Positions 62,601-64,000 of a DNA stretch of 64,000 nucleotides are shown here, one piece after another (position 1 is the stretch's first letter; the number at the start of each line of letters is the position of its first letter). The notes beneath the pieces were generated by a model. The model was not told where the DNA came from, did no database searches, and was given only the letters and a program-made list of their open reading frames with translations. The stretch is from Candidatus Marinacidobacterium sp. (GTDB taxonomy: Bacteria > Acidobacteriota > Vicinamibacteria > Marinacidobacterales > Marinacidobacteraceae). The stretch covers positions 1,600,001-1,664,000 of the forward strand of contig OZ244852.1 in NCBI GenBank assembly GCA_965220965.1, in the 5' to 3' direction. The position numbers and the translations under genes were made by a program.

Positions 62601-62781
62601 GCTGGCGCGCACGGTGATCGGCGGGCTCGCCGCCTCGACCGTCCTGACGCTGCTCATCCTGCCGTTCTTCTACACGCTACTCGACGACCTCGCGACGAAG
62701 GCGCGCAAGGCCTGGCGAGCGAGTGAAGCGCCGGCGCCCGAGCGAACGCCGGCGCCGGACGCGGCGCCCGCCCGGGTCTGA
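59692..62781 (+). CDS. RND efflux permease (AcrB/AcrD/AcrF family), subunit 2
   Basis: GLLVDDAIVVLE, AQFESL.HP, GIVVKNGIV, RLRPILMT; GTGA overlap with subunit 1. Confidence 0.95.
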   Translation: MSLPRLAVNRPVTTAMVLLSTLVLGAISLNRIPLAFLPEVDFPGVFVTVPYQNASPSQIEREIVQPLEEALATIPGARRIRSTAEADSASLQLEFTWGESVDVARAKVFEAVEDARPELPEDVRDIFVNTFSTNEIPIVEARISAPGLDLSANYERLDRRIADPIRRIPGVARVDLNGVEPREVRINLRADRIAAHRVDLGQVADRVQNMNRNLSLGRIRAEGEVTPVRGFGALSAVDEIGSLPLNEDGLRIGDIADVTWREPPIPFGRRLNDDAAVALTVFKAAEANAVDVATAVVDEIETEIAADPALAGITLFVWDDQAAAITAGLAGIRTEGLLGALLAVFVLFLFLRRVDSTTIVSLTIPMSIIATATILYFTGRTLNVLSMMGMMLGIGLLVDDAIVVLESVVREHARGLPAKAAAIVGSRAVSGAVIASTVTTAVVFLPTVLGTKNEMTIWLGEIGLAISLTIFCSLFISLTLIPLVSSRLLARRASVPPAWTERLGAAYQRALRFTLRRRWITAGIAAAFLVTALAPFFLGLSTAMFAGVNRNRIFLSYEFADFHYKEDSERAVIAVEREIADLADRLDVESVYSYFGENEAQTVISLGADHISDEEGKELREEIRAALPPLPGVRIVFGDDDQETGGESLFFRVRFYGEDSERFPELLARAEDRLEAIDGVTDIRSQQDNVRREVVVRPRTEAAARAGVTARDLSEIFGFSLGGRPLRRFQTADRETEVLLTMSQQDISRVEDLRSFTLLDDDGAPMRLGDLADFEIVERPRAIQRVDRRVVSTLRAAYEGDAWESTREQIEQDMDALELPEGFSWSFGDRIAQQDRDLQTMLLNYLLALMLIYIVMAAQFESLIHPLAILISIPYAVWGAAWLLLLTDSPFNLMAQIGLLILMGIVVKNGIVLIDHVNRLRREGMERTEALVVGGRDRLRPILMTAAATMLALVPMAVGRTGLDGLYYFPLARTVIGGLAASTVLTLLILPFFYTLLDDLATKARKAWRASEAPAPERTPAPDAAPARV

Positions 62782-62915
62782 ATTGGCGGCCTCGTCGCGG
62801 CCATTTGCGGTCCCGGCGCGGTGGTACGCTCCGGTCGCTTCTGGCCGTTTCCTGCCTCTTCTTCTGGCGACCGTCGGTCTCGTTGCCCCTCTGAACTGCA
62901 AGTCTGCTTTCCCTC

Positions 62916-64000
62916 ATGGCGCGCGTTACTGAACTCATCTTGAGGGATGTCCGCTGCTTCCAGGACCTTCAGCGCGCCCGCGTGCGGCCTATCACTCTGC
63001 TGGTAGGCGAAAACAGCACCGGGAAGACGAGCTTTCTGGCGAGCTACTACGCCTTCCGTCGCATGCTGCGGGCGCCTTTTGGCGCAGCGCATCCCGATTT
63101 CAACATAGAGCCCTTCTCGATGGGTTCTTTCCGGGACATCGTGCGCTCTCGCCTCGGGCCCAAGGGACTCCTCGACACATTTCAGATCGGCATTCAAGTC
63201 ACCCGAGACCAGGCGCAGTCACGATACGACGTACTCGCCACTTTCGACGAACAGAGTTCTCAGCCACGGCTCGCCTCCTTGGTCTACTCAGTTGAGAATA
63301 CCGGTCAACTCTCGTTGCGCAGCGACCTCAATGGACGCACGCGCGTGTCGGTGGGTAATGATGAGGTCACACTCCCTGAACCGATGGACATCCTGTCACT
63401 CGCCCGCCAGATCTCGTACGGGATACGCGATCTACCGAGCACTCTCCCCGACATGGAGCGCCTAGTGCAGTTTCTTGAGTCCCGATCACAGAAGGGGAGC
63501 CGTAGCCCTACTAGCAAACTTCTCTTCCCCGATTTGCCACGATTGGCCGCTATCGCTCCACTCCGCGCGAAACCACGCCGCACGTACGACCCGATCCAGG
63601 AGGCGAGGACGCCGGCGGGTGCTCACGTTCCCATGTTGATGATGCGGCTCGCCCGCGCCGAAGGCGAACGGTGGGCAAGCCTCCGCCGGGCCCTCGTCAA
63701 GTTCGGTGAGGATTCGGGCCTGTTCTCTGATATCAGGGTCAAGACGCACGGCAAACAGATGGGCGACCCCTTCCAGCTCCAGGTCAAAGTGCACTCGGGA
63801 TCCCATGCGAACCTCATGGACGTGGGCTACGGCGTCAGCCAGAGTCTTCCCATTCTCGTGGAGCTCGTCGCCGCCGAGCTGGAGAAGAGCCCAAGGGCTA
63901 GGCCAGCGCCCTCGCAGTTCCTTCTGCAGCAGCCCGAGGTGCATCTCCACCCACGCGCCCAGGCGGAGCTCGCCAGCTTTCTGGTGCATTCCGTCACGCA
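62916..64000 (+). CDS. ABC-type/AAA_21-like ATPase (runs off the right edge), lower GC
   Basis: Manual translation gives MARVTELILRDVRCF...ITLLVGENSTGKTS (Walker A)...APLRAKPRRTY...LMDVGYGVSQSLP (signature-like)...LLQQPEVHLHPRAQ. No stop codon in the window. Confidence 0.85.
   Translation, partial: MARVTELILRDVRCFQDLQRARVRPITLLVGENSTGKTSFLASYYAFRRMLRAPFGAAHPDFNIEPFSMGSFRDIVRSRLGPKGLLDTFQIGIQVTRDQAQSRYDVLATFDEQSSQPRLASLVYSVENTGQLSLRSDLNGRTRVSVGNDEVTLPEPMDILSLARQISYGIRDLPSTLPDMERLVQFLESRSQKGSRSPTSKLLFPDLPRLAAIAPLRAKPRRTYDPIQEARTPAGAHVPMLMMRLARAEGERWASLRRALVKFGEDSGLFSDIRVKTHGKQMGDPFQLQVKVHSGSHANLMDVGYGVSQSLPILVELVAAELEKSPRARPAPSQFLLQQPEVHLHPRAQAELASFLVHSVT

Noticed and set aside
62782-62915. 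Possible integron attC site before the low-GC ATPase
   Set aside because: The hairpin lacks convincing RYYYAAC/GTTRRRY ends, and there is no intI or second cassette in the window.

Overview
A high-GC (roughly 70%+) bacterial chromosomal segment with no phage, transposase or CRISPR signal. The gene repertoire suggests a diderm such as an Acidobacteriota-like organism (inference only). In order it contains: smc (running off the left edge, absent from the ORF track), DUF502, gdhA divergent from a receiver/PPDK_N dikinase-like protein, an SSS symporter/TraB/PIG-L deacetylase cluster, an amidohydrolase, a PfkB kinase plus GH4 hydrolase, DUF3179, a cupin, a complete Rrf2-sufBCDSU-sufT operon, an AlkA-like glycosylase, an MBL hydrolase, a degenerate AAA_14/DUF4143 protein, a secreted DUF1592(c-heme)-DUF1552-ankyrin-hypothetical operon, an amidase, a PGI-like protein, msrP without msrQ, tesA-ybbAP, arsC, pxpA plus fused pxpBC, a 28-aa ribosomal protein bTHX missed by the ORF track, a methyltransferase, ispG, an aminotransferase, gltA, an FAD oxidoreductase, tRNA-Val(TAC), an MFP plus two RND permeases, and a lower-GC ABC-type ATPase running off the right edge. 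The strongest leads are: tandem NrdR-like boxes 32 bp apart upstream of smc, the gdhA-linked dikinase-like protein, the DUF1592/DUF1552/ankyrin periplasmic system with its own promoter, recurrent leaderless-mRNA signatures, and a possible defence-island edge. All family assignments come from motif recognition by eye; no database searches were run.
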